Shown: one piece after another, positions 21,851-33,154 of the stretch
How the letters are laid out: each line of letters opens with the position of its first letter
How positions within the stretch are numbered: the first letter of the stretch is position 1
Origin: Macrostomum hystrix
Taxonomy: Eukaryota > Animalia > Platyhelminthes
Assembly (NCBI GenBank): GCA_950097015.1
Contig: CATNEN010000025.1
Location: 8,866,001-8,930,000, forward strand
Direction of reading: 5' to 3'
DNA length: 64,000 bases
Position numbers and translations under genes: made by a program
Notes under the pieces: model-generated
What the model was told of the DNA's origin: nothing
Seen by the model: only the letters and a program-made list of their open reading frames with translations
Databases searched by the model: none

Positions 21851-23902
21851 GCCTTTGCGACCGCCCTGGGATCAGCGCAGGCGCCGGACTACAGCAGAAT
21901 CAGCTCAGCCATCGCCACTGCCGCTGCCAAGACTCTGCCGCTTATGGAACCCGCGTCACGGCAACTTCCAGTTTGGGCGAGCGACCCGGAGGTCCGTGAG
22001 GCCCGCCGCACTGTCGAGCAGCTGCGGCGAGCCAGGCGACCGATATCCGATGCCGAGAAGGCCCTGGCAGACGCCTACGCAAGTCGACAGAAAGCCGCTG
22101 TTGACGACGCGATCCGGGCTGTCACCTCTGTCGGGCCTGAACGGCAGAGCAGGGTCGTCTGGCCGGTCGTGAACGCCCTCACCGGTCGAAAAAAAAAGAA
22201 GGCGGCGCTCAACCCGGCTGGCGACACTGCCGAGGAGCGCAGAAACGAGCTGCATACCTTCTTCGCCGCCGTCGACTCTGCCGAACGAGATGCCGCTGCC
22301 CCCCGAGGTGGCGCTACCGCGGCAGGAGGACTTCGACACCAGTCCAGTGACCAGCACGGACATCGTGGAGTTCGCCCGCAGGGCACCGCGCCCCCGGTCC
22401 GGATGAGGTCCCCGTCGAGGCGCTGCGGGTCACAAGGGTTGCCACCGAGGTGGCCCGCGTGATGAACGGCGTCCTGGCGGGAGGCCCTGCGCCCCGCGAG
22501 TGGACCCAGGCCACCATCGTCGGCATCCCGAAGAAGCCCGGCACTACGCGGAATGAGGAGCATCGCGGGATCTCGCTCATGTCCTGTGCCGCGAAGCTGT
22601 TCAACCGGGTGCTGTTAGCACGGTTACAGCCTGTGCTGGACTCGTTTCTGCGGTACGAGCAGAACGGGTTCCGGCACGGTGACTCAGATCCTGGCCCTCC
22701 GCCGCATCATCGAGGAGGCGCGCATCCACCAGTCAAGCCTTGTCGTCATCTTTGTTGACTTTCTCAAGGCTTTCGACTCGGTGGCCCGCGGCGCGCTGCC
22801 TCACGTACTCCGTGCCTACAACATACCGCAGCAGCTGATCTCCGCCATCATCGCGCTGTATCAGGACACAACCGCTGTGTTAGCGACGCCAGACGGACCG
22901 TCGGACCAGTTCAGCACTACCTCCGGAGTGCTGCAGGGTGACACTCTGGCGCCCTTTCTCTTCGTGCTGGTGATGGACTGGGTGCTCAGGACCGGCCTGC
23001 CGACTGCAGAGGACGCTTTTCTGCTTCAAAGGCGCACTAGTCGACGGCACCCGAAGAAGAAGCTGTCTGTCCTCAGCTACGCGGACGACCTGCCCCGCTG
23101 TCTACGACGGCCGAAGGCGCCCAACGGCTGCTGGATGGCCTGACTGCGGCGGCGGCGAGGGTCGGCCTCGCTATCAACGCCATGAACACCGAGGTGCTGA
23201 CGGTGCCGCATAACCTACCTGCCGAGATTCGACTACAAGACGGTGACGGCCCGGGACCGGGCTCCCGAAGTGCCGTCAGTTCGTCTACCTCGGCGGACTG
23301 GTGCCTGACGTGGGCGACGACCTGGCGAGACGGTGCGGCAAGGCCTGGGCCGCCTTCCGTTCTGTGCGGGCGGTGCTGCTCTCCGAGGCCCTGTCGAACG
23401 GCGCCAGGTCCCAGCTGTTCCAGGCGGTTGTCGAGACCGCCCTGTTGTACAATGCTGAGACCTGGACGATGACCGGGGCGCTCGAGGCGCAGCTCGACGC
23501 GGCGCATGCGGCCCTAGTTCGCGCCGCTTTCGGTGCCCGACGCGGCCCTGGCAGCGAGACATCCGATTCCCTCTACCAGCGTGCGTGCCTAACTTGGCCT
23601 TCTGTCCTGCTGAGTCAGCGGCGCCTGTGTCAGGCCGGGCATGTCTTCCGGGCCGAAGCCTACTGCCCAGAGACGCTGCAGGATGTCCTGCTGCGGACAT
23701 CGCAGGGACCGCGCAGGCGCGGCCTGGGTCAATCAGCCCGCTATGTCGACCGTCTTTTTGAAGACGCCCGAGCACCCAGCCAGGCGGCCGGCGTGAAGTA
23801 TGTCAGAGACGCGCGAAACTCTGAAACGCGCGATTTGACGCCCCCCCTCTTGGCCACTTTTGTGTTCGGCTTGGGCGTAACTATTATTATTATTATTATT
23901 AT
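21851..23902 (+). mobile_element. 5'-truncated, frameshifted RTE-clade LINE (also 47593-49644)
   Basis: RGISLMSCAAKLFNR, QNGFR, FVDFLKAFDSV, GVLQGDTLAPFLF, SYADDL, LLYNAETW split over several frames; (ATT)n tail; TSD tatagcttttgc/tatagctttgc. Confidence 0.93.
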
Positions 23903-24180
23903 TATAGCTTTGCAAGGTTTTAAGCACAGATTCTATATTATCTAGATGCGCCACTGCAGCAATTTCTAATGCATTCAGTTGCCGCTTTCAATGCCTCTGC
24001 GAAAAACCCAGGGTTTATACCACAGACATTTTACGCTGCTGCAGTCAAGCGGCAGCCATGATCACAGATTCTATATTATATTATATTAGCCATGATCGTC
24101 TCTCACTTGCAAGCAGAGCTGCAGATTTTAAGGTTGGCACAGCGCAATCCTCCACAACTGATTACGAACACCAACCAGTG

Positions 24181-24528
24181 ATGAGCGGGCATCGCTGCTG
24201 CACTGCTGCTTGTGATTCGAGGGAGAACACGCCAGTTTCACAACACGGCTTCGCTGTGCACCTGCATCAGTTTCCGAGCGATGATGAGGTGGCAGCGCAA
24301 TGGATTCGAGTGCTAGAGCTCCAGAATATGGATGTGCAGACTGCGCGAAGCCGTAGGCTGAAGTTTTGCAGCCTGCACTTTAAGGACTCGGACTACCCCA
24401 TCGCACCACGTGACAGGCGCTCGGCTCGGTTGAGGAAAGACGCCGTTCCATGGCCTGCAACTTTCCCTCCGCGATTCAGTCAGTCGTCATTCCCTCAGTC
24501 ATTCAGCCAGAATTGGTCTATGACCTAA
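24181..24528 (+). CDS. THAP zinc-finger domain ORF, probably a transposon-derived fragment (also 49923-50270)
   Basis: MSGHRCCTAAC...HQFP...WIRVL...FCSLHF...LRKDAVP gives the complete C2CH THAP signature with AVP box. Confidence 0.85.
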   Translation: MSGHRCCTAACDSRENTPVSQHGFAVHLHQFPSDDEVAAQWIRVLELQNMDVQTARSRRLKFCSLHFKDSDYPIAPRDRRSARLRKDAVPWPATFPPRFSQSSFPQSFSQNWSMT

Positions 24529-25310
24529 ACCGAATTGTTGAGTTCACACCTCAGCAGAGTTCAAACTACAGAGGGTGTCCGCAAAGCACAGAACTTACAG
24601 AACTTATTGGTAAGTTCTGTTCTTGTAGGTATCGAATTTTTACTAATTAGCGCACGTACATACGATTTAAGACATCATGAGAAAAAAATTAAACGTTGGG
24701 CTGGTTTTCAGTAGATAATGCATCGTTGATTTAGCTCGCAAAGCAATAATATTAAACGTCAAGAAGCAGACAGACATAATAAAACAAACGCGCAGGATAA
24801 GTATTGGAAAAATTCTCTGAATGGGTATAGCAAATAATATAATTCAGTTGGTAAAAAGTAACAGTGTGCTGCAATGAAGGTGTTGCAGTCAGTTCAGTTC
24901 AGGAGCTGTTTGTCCGTATCTGCATTGCAATCAATTAATAATTTCCGGGTTTGTTAGAAAAGAGTCAGATCCTAATCCTAACGAGGTAATGACACTCGCT
25001 CACAAAAGAACTATTAATTTAAATAATGTGATATAAAAATTCTATGTTTTAAAAGCACAAGCGATTAAAATAGTATATTTCAAGACATTCTTGCAGTTTA
25101 GGGAGTAAATAAGTTAAAATGAAGCATTATAGTTAAACGATTCGAACATTACATCAACCTTACATATGAACACTTGTAGCACATTGGAAACACTTTAGGC
25201 GATAGTACATTCATAGTAAGCTTCTTATAGTACGAGTAGTTTCATCAGGGATCGAGAGAAATCACAAAACTCAGTCTTGCAATTCGATTGCCTGTAATAG
25301 AAGGTAATGA

Positions 25311-25782
25311 GGCAATGTTCTACTTCCGTTCGTTATATTATTTTTTTGTTTGCAAACGACAGATAACGACAAAAAAACAAGTTTAACGGTAACAAAAAGT
25401 CGTTGTTTGGTCAGACAGTTCTGAAAAGTCTTGGTCAGTCTTTCTTCTTTCAAACCGGGTAAGTGCCTAATCCAGTAGAGGAGGCGACCGAAGCTATTCT
25501 TGGGGTATAGACAGCGCCATAAGAATTCTTCGAAGTGGCTTTCGAATAGAGCAGCACTCGTGCCATGCATTTGACGCAGCTTGGCCTTCGCAAAATCTTC
25601 AGCTGCAGAATTCTGTGCCTTAGCTTCCTGTTTCCCCATATTTGCCAGATTTTGCCATAGACATAGATCCAAGTGTCAAGTCACGGCAAAGCCACGTCAG
25701 CACAACTTTTCAAACTCAGAATGCACGTGTGGCACGAATTCAGACGAAAAAATAATATAACGAACGGAAGTAGAATATTGCC
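25311..25782 (-). mobile_element. Merlin (IS1595/ISXO2-like) internally deleted element with transposase C-terminal remnant (also 51052-51523)
   Basis: ~36-bp TIRs GGCAAT(G/A)TTCTACTTCCGTTCG; perfect 8-bp TSD GGTAATGA; KAKLRQMHGTSAALFESHFEEFLWR...FGRLLYWIR at ~25450-25610. Confidence 0.88.
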
Positions 25783-26473
25783 GGTAATGAACATTAGTAT
25801 AGAATGAAAACTGTCTCGCAATCCTTGGAAAAGGTTTTAATTTTACATTTTCCTAGAATTATGAATCCGATTCTCAGCGATCTGCAGTTAAAAATTTTCG
25901 AATTACTGATAGGCATCGTTAAGAAATAGTAACTTCGCTATAATTGAAGTGCGTCAAAGTTATTCGTTAAATATTTCCGATTGACGTAAGTTTAATTATA
26001 GGTAACTGTTACCAATTCTTTCTACTTAGTGTTAATCGCTAAATAAAATGCGCAAGTCATTCTTTAAATTCTAAAATATTCTAAAAATGTATGACAATAC
26101 TCTCCGTTACTAACGCTTAATAAATGACATACAAAACTTTAATTCTATGTTGAAAATTAATAAAATTAAATATTTTTTATTATGAAAATTATTATTTACT
26201 AAAGATTAGACGAAAATATTTACAATTTTATATGTGGGCTTTTAATATAAACTTAAGTTTTGTTTATTTTTAAACGATTTTACCCGCCAATGTCCTGAAA
26301 ATGAAGCGAGGTATGTTGCCCTGCTCCTCGAGTTGGGCTCCAGCTAAGTAAGAAAACTATACTCATACTCATGAGAAGATAAAAACATGAATTAGCTTCC
26401 CAAACGGAAATCCTAAATGAATGTCAGTGCCAGTCATCGACAAGGTGGCAGGTGTTCAATGTGTTCTTCATCT

Positions 26474-26790
26474 TCATGGACTCGCCGGTGGCATCTGGCG
26501 ACGCCGGAGTCGCTCCGTCGCCGCTTCGTCGTCGCCGCCGTTGCAGCAGGCCAGGATGCGACGCCGCAGACGTTCGCGCCGAGTTCGGCCAGTCAGCACG
26601 AAGGGCCGCAGCGAATCGTCTGGCGCCGGGGGTGGCACCACGTTGAACTCGAGTTCAGCTGCCGCCAGGTAGTCGTGCATGTTGTCGCTCTCGCTGCCTG
26701 GTGACTTCTTCAGCCACTCCATGGACGGCTCGCTCAGGCCCTCCGGGTAGCGGGGCGCCGACTGGCCCTCCACGCAGCGAGATGAGATCT
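26474..26790 (-). other. Orphan GC-rich exon-like segment of unknown family (also ~52215-52531)
   Basis: Preceded by a pyrimidine tract and ccag acceptor; open frame ISSRCVEG...RRRQMPPASP* with G/C-ending codons inside AT-rich flanks. Confidence 0.45.
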
Positions 26791-26982
26791 GGAACAGAGG
26801 CGGAGGATGAAGCATTTCATTAAGTTCTGGCATCGCGTTAGCAGTAGAAAGACCATTGGGTTGTTTCAGTTTGCCCACATTTTTCTTTTTTCTGCATCCG
26901 CCAAAATATTCAACCAATCACCATGAAGTCCAGAGCTAAAAGTTTCCACTCTATTCGATGAAACAACTTCCATAATCACAAA

Positions 26983-27246
26983 GGGGCGAATTCCCTGTGG
27001 TCTTCCCCAGGGGCGAATTCCCTGTGGTCTTCCCCAGGGGCGAATTCCCTGTGGTCTTCCCCAGGGGCGAATTCCCTGTGGTCTTCCCCAGGGGCGAATT
27101 CCCTGTGGTCTTCCCCAGGGGCGAATTCCCTTTGGTCTTCCCCAGGGGCGAATTCCCTGTGGTCTTCCCCAGGGGCGAATTCCCTATGGTCTTCCCCAGG
27201 GGCGAATTTCCTGTGGTCTTCCCCAGGGGCGAATTCCCTGTGGTCT
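26983..27246. repeat. 27-bp minisatellite ggggcgaattccctgtggtcttcccca x10 (x6 at 52724-52880)
   Basis: Direct count; the 108-bp change in inter-unit offset equals 4 units. Confidence 0.97.
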
Positions 27247-27436
27247 ACTGTTAATGTCGAGTCTCTGAATGCCTAGGAATCGATTGGTTTGTAAAAATAG
27301 TTGCATTTCTTAAAGCCGTGCAGTTGCAAAGACGCATTCTATTCAGTAATATTTTAATTTGTACGATTACATTCTTTACATTTCAAGCAACAACTCTTCT
27401 AATTTCAAAGTGTAGCAGTGCTCAGCTCACCTCCAG

Positions 27437-28117
27437 GTTGTAGTCCAGAATCTCGGACGTGTGAAAATCTTCGTCATCGTCTCCGAAGGGATTCATAACG
27501 CACATAGCCACCTTGAGCCAGCCCATCAGAAAGAGGAACTGGCCAATTTAGAAAAAAAGTTCGCTCAGTCGGCCACACTGACCGTGCTGTCCCCTAGACT
27601 CAATCAGCAGCTAGACGAGCTCTACGAAAAGGTCAACGGCGCGGCGGGTTGCGTCGCCCTGGACGCCGTTCAACGCAGTCCACGCTGGGAGCTGGTTCGC
27701 CTGCCGCCTGCTATTTTTGTTGCTAGCCATTCGCAGCATCAGCAGCCTCAGCAGCTTCAGTCGCATTACAATAGTCTTCAGCACACGCATCATTCAGATG
27801 TTCAGCTTCCTGATTCTCAGCTGCAGCAATTGCAACAGCAGCAGCAGCATCAACAGCAGCATCAGCAGCAGCTGCTGCCAATTCCTTCGCCGCGCATTCT
27901 ATGGCAAGGCACTTTCGAGTTTACCAAATCCGCCACCAGAATGTCCTTCCAGCTGCCAGTTCGCTTCGTGGAGATTCTGTCGGCGCCTGATCAGCCGCCA
28001 AATCCTTGGAGCTTTCATCATTTTGAGCAGAACAAGCAAACCGCCAGTTGTGCAATTCTAAAGCCGGAACTTCATCCCACTGTCGAGGATCACTTTCGCA
28101 AATATCCCAGCTTGTAG
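27437..28117 (+). pseudogene. Orphan exon with poly-Gln, resembling MED25 (end of vWA domain + start of ACID/PTOV-like domain; also ~53070-53750)
   Basis: Acceptor ctccag at 27436. LTVLSPR...LYEK...SPRWELVR resembles the MED25 SIVSPRK...LFEKA...DPRHMVLVR motif, and ILWQGTFEF resembles LAWSGVLEW. Recognition from memory only. Confidence 0.45.
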
Positions 28118-28410
28118 AGTGCAGAATTACGGTACTATTTATTTTAACCAATCATGCGCCAACTACTCTACTGATCCGCTTAGTAGTATTTTTAGAAAAT
28201 GCGAATTATTAAACATACAAGTACAACATGTGATTCATTTTGCCAAAAAAGGAGAATCGAATCAATCAAAAATCATGTGACTACTATTAATAGTATCCAA
28301 TCAATTTTTATGTCATAAGCAACCAGCGATCCCACCAATCATGTTACCCAAAATCAATCAAAAGGTCAAGAAAGCGATAATCCATCTTTTTGCGCTTCTA
28401 CTAGTTTAGT

Positions 28411-29040
28411 TGTAAAAAGTCTAACCTCTCAAGTTGTCAAGCGTTGACCCAGACTTTTTGACACCATTTTGACACCTGTACTTTAAACGCACTCATCGAA
28501 CCCGAGAGGGTCCGATTCTCTATAAATACAAGAGCTCCGAAGCGAGCCCAGATTCAGAGTCTCGCCGAGACGAGCAGAGTCTCGCAGAAAAGAGAAAACG
28601 GAGAGTCTGAAGTGGATTGGACTCCAGGTCCAAGACTTGTGGTAAGAGTTCCCTGATTTATCCTAATTAATTAATTATTAAGCTTTCTTGATCTAAGTTA
28701 AACCTCTCCGAGTAATCGTTAAACCAACGATTACAGCGTAATCACAGACGTGTGATTATATTGAATATATTACAAAGGGTGAGCGCCAGACTCGTGGTAA
28801 AACCTACCAGGGCTGGTAAGAAGGAACACACTCTACAAGTGACTATTGGTTAACCGACATCAACGATAAATCAGAATCAGGAAGATTCTGATTTATTCCT
28901 AAATTCCTAAAAGAGAAACAAGGAACTTATCAAGCTTTTATCGGGTGCGAATTGTTCCCATCAATGGGGAAGATGTGCAGCACTTGTTGGACACTTTTGG
29001 ATCCTGTGTGAGTCTTCAGAGCTTTAGTTCCAGCAACTAA
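28411..29040 (+). mobile_element. Possible LTR (TGTAA...TTACA, ~28411-28776) plus retropepsin-like remnant (also ~54050-54680)
   Basis: ctataaatac TATA at ~28520; VPINGEDVQHLLDTFGSCVSL at ~28955-29017 resembles a retroviral protease motif. No TSD or PBS. Confidence 0.35.
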
Positions 29041-29918
29041 GAGAGAGAGAGAGTAGGGTGAGGATATGAGAGAGTAGGGTAAGGATATGAGAGAGTAGGG
29101 TGAGGATATGAGAGAGTAGGGTGAGGATATGAGAGAGTAGGGTGAGGATATGAGAGAGTAGTGTGAGGATATGAGAGAGTAGGGTGAGGATATGAGAGAG
29201 TAGGGTGAGGATATGAGAGAGTAGGGTGAGGATATGAGAGAGTAGGGTAAGGATATGAGAGAGTAGGGTGAGGATATGAGAGAGTAGTGTGAGGATATGA
29301 GAGAGTAGTGTGAGGATATGAGAGAGTAGGGTGAGGATATGAGAGAGTAGGGTGAGGATATGAGAGAGTAGGGTGAGGATATGAGAGAGTAGTGTGAGGA
29401 TATGAGAGAGTAGGGTGAGGATATGAGAGAGTAGTGTGAGGATATGAGAGAGTAGGGTGAGGATATGAGAGAGTAGGGTGAGGATATGAGAGAGTAGGGT
29501 GAGGATATGAGAGAGTAGGGTGAGGATATGAGAGAGTAGGGTGAGGATATGAGAGAGTAGGGTGAGGATATGAGAGAGTAGGGTGAGGATATGAGAGAGT
29601 AGGGTGAGGATATGAGAGAGTAGGGTGAGGACATGAGAGAGTAGGGTGAGGATATGAGAGAGTAGTGTGAGGATATGAGAGAGTAGGGTGAGGATAGAGT
29701 AGGGTGAGGATATGAGAGAGTAGGGTGAGGATAGAGTAGAGTGAGGATATGAGAGAGTAGGGTCAGGATATGAGAGAGTAGGGTGAGGATAGAGTAGGGT
29801 GAGGATATGAGAGAGTAGGGTGAGGATATGAGAGAGTAGGGTGAGGATATGAGAGAGTAGGGTGAGGATATGAGAGAGTCGGGTGAGGATATGAGAGAGT
29901 AGGGTGAGGATATGAGAG
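29041..29918 (+). repeat. Purine-rich 21-bp minisatellite gagagagtagggtgaggatat, ~42 units (~27 units at 54681-55244)
   Basis: Direct reading; the offset change of ~315 bp equals 15 units. Confidence 0.97.
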
Positions 29919-30044
29919 AATTGTGTGTTTGGATATGATAGTAGCGTGAATATGTAAGATCGAACGTGTTTTAAGATAAGCGCTACAACGCTTACTAAAT
30001 CCTGAACCGCCGCCAGATGGCCCTAGTCTACAGTGAGCTGCTTG

Positions 30045-30180
30045 AAGTTTTCTTTCCTGAAGTTTTCTTTCCTGAAGTTTTCTTCCCTGAAGTTTTCTTT
30101 CCTGAAGTTTTCTTCCCTGAAGTTTTCTTTCCTGAAGTTTTCTTTCCTAAAGTTTTTTTTCCAGAGTTTCTCTTTCCTAA
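30045..30180 (+). repeat. 15-bp tandem repeat gaagttttctttcct, ~9 units (also ~55368-55505)
   Basis: Direct reading. Confidence 0.95.
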
Positions 30181-30462
30181 ACCACTGGGTGCCCACCCAC
30201 CCACCTGTCTAATTAACCTGGCTGCCCAACCACCTGTCTAATTAACCTGGCTGCCCACATAACTGTCTAATTAACCTGCCCACCCACCCACCTGTCTAAT
30301 TAACCTGGCTGCCCACATAACTGTCTAATTAACCTGATTTATCTATCTAATCAACTTAGCTACCCACCCACTTACCTATCTACTTGCATACCTACCTGCC
30401 TGCTTACCTACCTACCTACCTACCTACCTACCTACCTACCTACCTACCCACCTACCCATCAG

Positions 30463-30993
30463 GTGATTCTGGCCGGCGACCCGTAGCAGCTGGGCCCAGT
30501 GGTCCAATCAACCTGGGCACTGAAGTTCGGCCTAGGCGAGTCCCTGCTCCACCGCCTCATAGAGACCTCGCCGGCCTACGCCCGACGTCCCGGTCGCTAT
30601 CCGGACGACGGCTACGATCCCCTGCTGGTGACGAAACTGCTGCAGAACTACCGCAGCCAATCCGCACTGCTCACAGTCTACTCCGACCTGTTCTACCATT
30701 CCGAATTGATTCCGCGAGTGGATCCCGCGGCCGGCAATCGGTTCCTGACCTGGCCCAGCCTGCCGAATCCCCAAGTGCCGCTGCTATTTCACGGCGTCAT
30801 CGGCGAGGACCGGCGCGAAGGCGACTCGCCGTCATGGTTCAATCCGGCCGAGGCTGTGCTGGTGGTTCGCTACGTCATCAACCTGCTGGCGCTTTGGCCG
30901 CATCTCGGCGACGCCAACGACGGCATGGGCGTGGTCACGCCGTACAGGAAGCAGGCCGAGAAGATCCGATCGCTGCTATTTGCCGATCGCTGA
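30463..30993 (+). pseudogene. MOV10: MOV10-family helicase exon fragment with premature stop
   Basis: Continues to REGDSPSWFNPAEA...GVVTPYRKQAEKIR; TAG at 30484-30486 where copy A has ATG. Confidence 0.88.
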
Positions 30994-31039
30994 GGTTGGC
31001 AAGGGAGCTACCGCATTGGCAAAAAGGTGGTACAAGATT

Positions 31040-31345
31040 GTGAACGACTTGTCAGTCTGCCAAAGCCTTCGCTTTCGACCTTGGCAGTCCAATCTTGAAA
31101 CTATTTCTAGAAAGGGCCTGCGGGCAAGGTGTACTGCACCTACTGTGGATTAGGGCACAGGTCAGAAGCGTGCAACAAGGTTGCCACGGCTACTATAGCC
31201 GCCGGACCTTCCTGCAACAAGAGAATCGCTGTTTTCGTTGCTTGCGCACAGGCCATTGGCTTCGCATGTGCAATGACTCACGAAAGTGCAGAAACTGCGG
31301 AGGAGCTCATCACGTGAGCATTTGCATCCCTACCGCTCATAAACC
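31040..31345 (+). mobile_element. BEL/Pao gag zinc-knuckle remnant (unit B; unit C copy ~56366-56671; absent from unit A)
   Basis: CTYCGLGHRSEAC, then in another frame RRTFLQQENRCFRCLRTGH..C....CRNCGGAHHVSIC: the triple Cys/His knuckle typical of BEL gag. Confidence 0.85.
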
Positions 31346-33154
31346 TAAAACTAGCGATCGGCACATACATGTAGCTCAAAATGAAGGCGGGAAAAGGGGA
31401 AAAGACCCATGTCACGTGACAAGTGTCTACCGACCTCCGCAGAGCAGACAGATGCATCGCTTGTGAGGCAGTGAATAAATTAGGACTTTTTTCATTTTAA
31501 ATTCCCGCCACTTTTCCTCACGCGCTAGCTAAATATCGTGATCTCACGCAGTGCTCTTTGTTCGTAATATTCGCTCTCAAGTGGAAACATGCACCCACCC
31601 CAATTTCTTTGTATATATATATAGAGGAAAATATAAATGCGATCTTCAACCTGCTCCCTCGCTCCCCAGTCATACCAATAACACTGGTTAAACCTACTAT
31701 ACGTTCTCGACGAAATATAAGCGATTAAACTTCCTAACTCTTTTCCTGTTTCGCTATTAAATAGACCGAGTTCCTTAGTTATTTTCCTAATAAAAGGAAA
31801 ACAGTTAAAGATACCTTTGCCTTCCCAATCCTCTGCCAAAGATCTCTGGTCGGCCTTCTTTACCAAAACCCACCCTATTATATGATCCCTTTGAAATACC
31901 AATATACCGTCCTAAAATCCCGTCCAAAAGTCCACCTGAAGTCTATCTGAAGTCCACCTAAAAGTTCCCTAAATACCCCTGAAGTCCCTAAACTCCGCCT
32001 TTATCCCTCATGAGACTGTACTAATCCCGGACCCCATAGAGGAAAGTAAGTGAGAGCGCGAAGGACGTTCACCAGGCAACTTCAATCCATCCTGATACGC
32101 CCCACGGACTGTGTGCCCCAGATCAGTGACCTTTAGCCCTCGTGCCAGCAGCAGTAAATTCCGCTCCCATTGTTAGTAGCTAGTGTCTTGCCGCTCGGGC
32201 ATTAGCGCTACCTTAGGTATAGCCCGAACAGCGTGGAAAATACCTATTCTCACCCTCATAACTTACGCTACCATCCCCCCCAAATACTCAGCTCACCAAT
32301 CCCAAATCCAACAAATAGAGAGAGAGCTGAGAGGTCTGCTACACTTGAAATATTGAAAAAAACTTATTGTTTCATTATAAGGTTCAATATTCGCATAAAA
32401 TAACCCAAGCCCAATAGTCTGCGGCAGAGTTTTTCGAAACTAATCAGCAGGCCCAGTCAAATAGGGAATTCGTTTTAACAACAAACCTATACCCTTATAC
32501 CCTTACCTAAACCATAATTAACACTAAACCGAAACCAAAACCGAAACCGAAACCTAACGTTGTGACTGATTGTGTGAGTACACTTGCCCTGCGAGCAAAC
32601 CTAGCGTGAGTGACCTTATACACAAAAATCGGGACTTCTAAAGCGATAGAAACGCTGTGGCTAAGAGTGTCGGCTTGACTGTGGACAATGTCGAAGGCAC
32701 TTTCTGAAGTCTGTTTGGTGGGCGCTTTTACTCATAATTTTTTATTGGCTAACAATTAATTAACAATTAATTAATAATTAATTAATAATTAATTAACAAT
32801 TAATTAACAATTAATTATCAATTAAGTAACAATTAATTAACAATTAATAAATTAAGCAGCTCATAAAAACAAAAATGTTTTTACGATCGTTTATTCCCGG
32901 TCTCCGAAGGAAGGAAAACCGAAATTGTCATTTTTTTGTTTTTAGTTGAAATCTAAAATAATCGGTAATACATGCTGAAGAAGCAGAAGTGCCCCATTGT
33001 CAGTCGACCTTTCGAACCCCCGCGCGTGCGCGTATCTAGTTTGTAATTGCGATCCCCGCGACCCAGTTCCTGTATTCCCATGTTTTACTTCTCTGTTTAG
33101 TAGTAATTGGTGATGGAGCTAATGATATATTGATAAAGGTTCCCCAATTAAGTT

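Larger units (their letters stand above)
4136..30190. repeat. Tandem segmental unit A (~26.0 kb)
   Basis: The same ORFs recur at offsets of ~25.7 kb (e.g. 21786 vs 47528, 24058 vs 49800). Confidence 0.97.

Noticed and set aside
26983-27246. 27-bp semi-palindromic repeat resembling a CRISPR repeat or kB sites
   Set aside because: Units are contiguous with no unique spacers, there are no cas genes and the context is eukaryotic; it does not match the GGGRNNYYCC consensus exactly.
28930-29634. 234-aa SSPYSLI repeat ORF, plus the PTYL (4271, 30384, 55710) and VFFPE (30017) ORFs
   Set aside because: Translations of simple repeats, with no coding context.
31525-31902. 125-aa minus-strand ORF (also 56851-57228)
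   Set aside because: No recognisable motif, low GC, and it includes a TA microsatellite; I cannot support it as coding.
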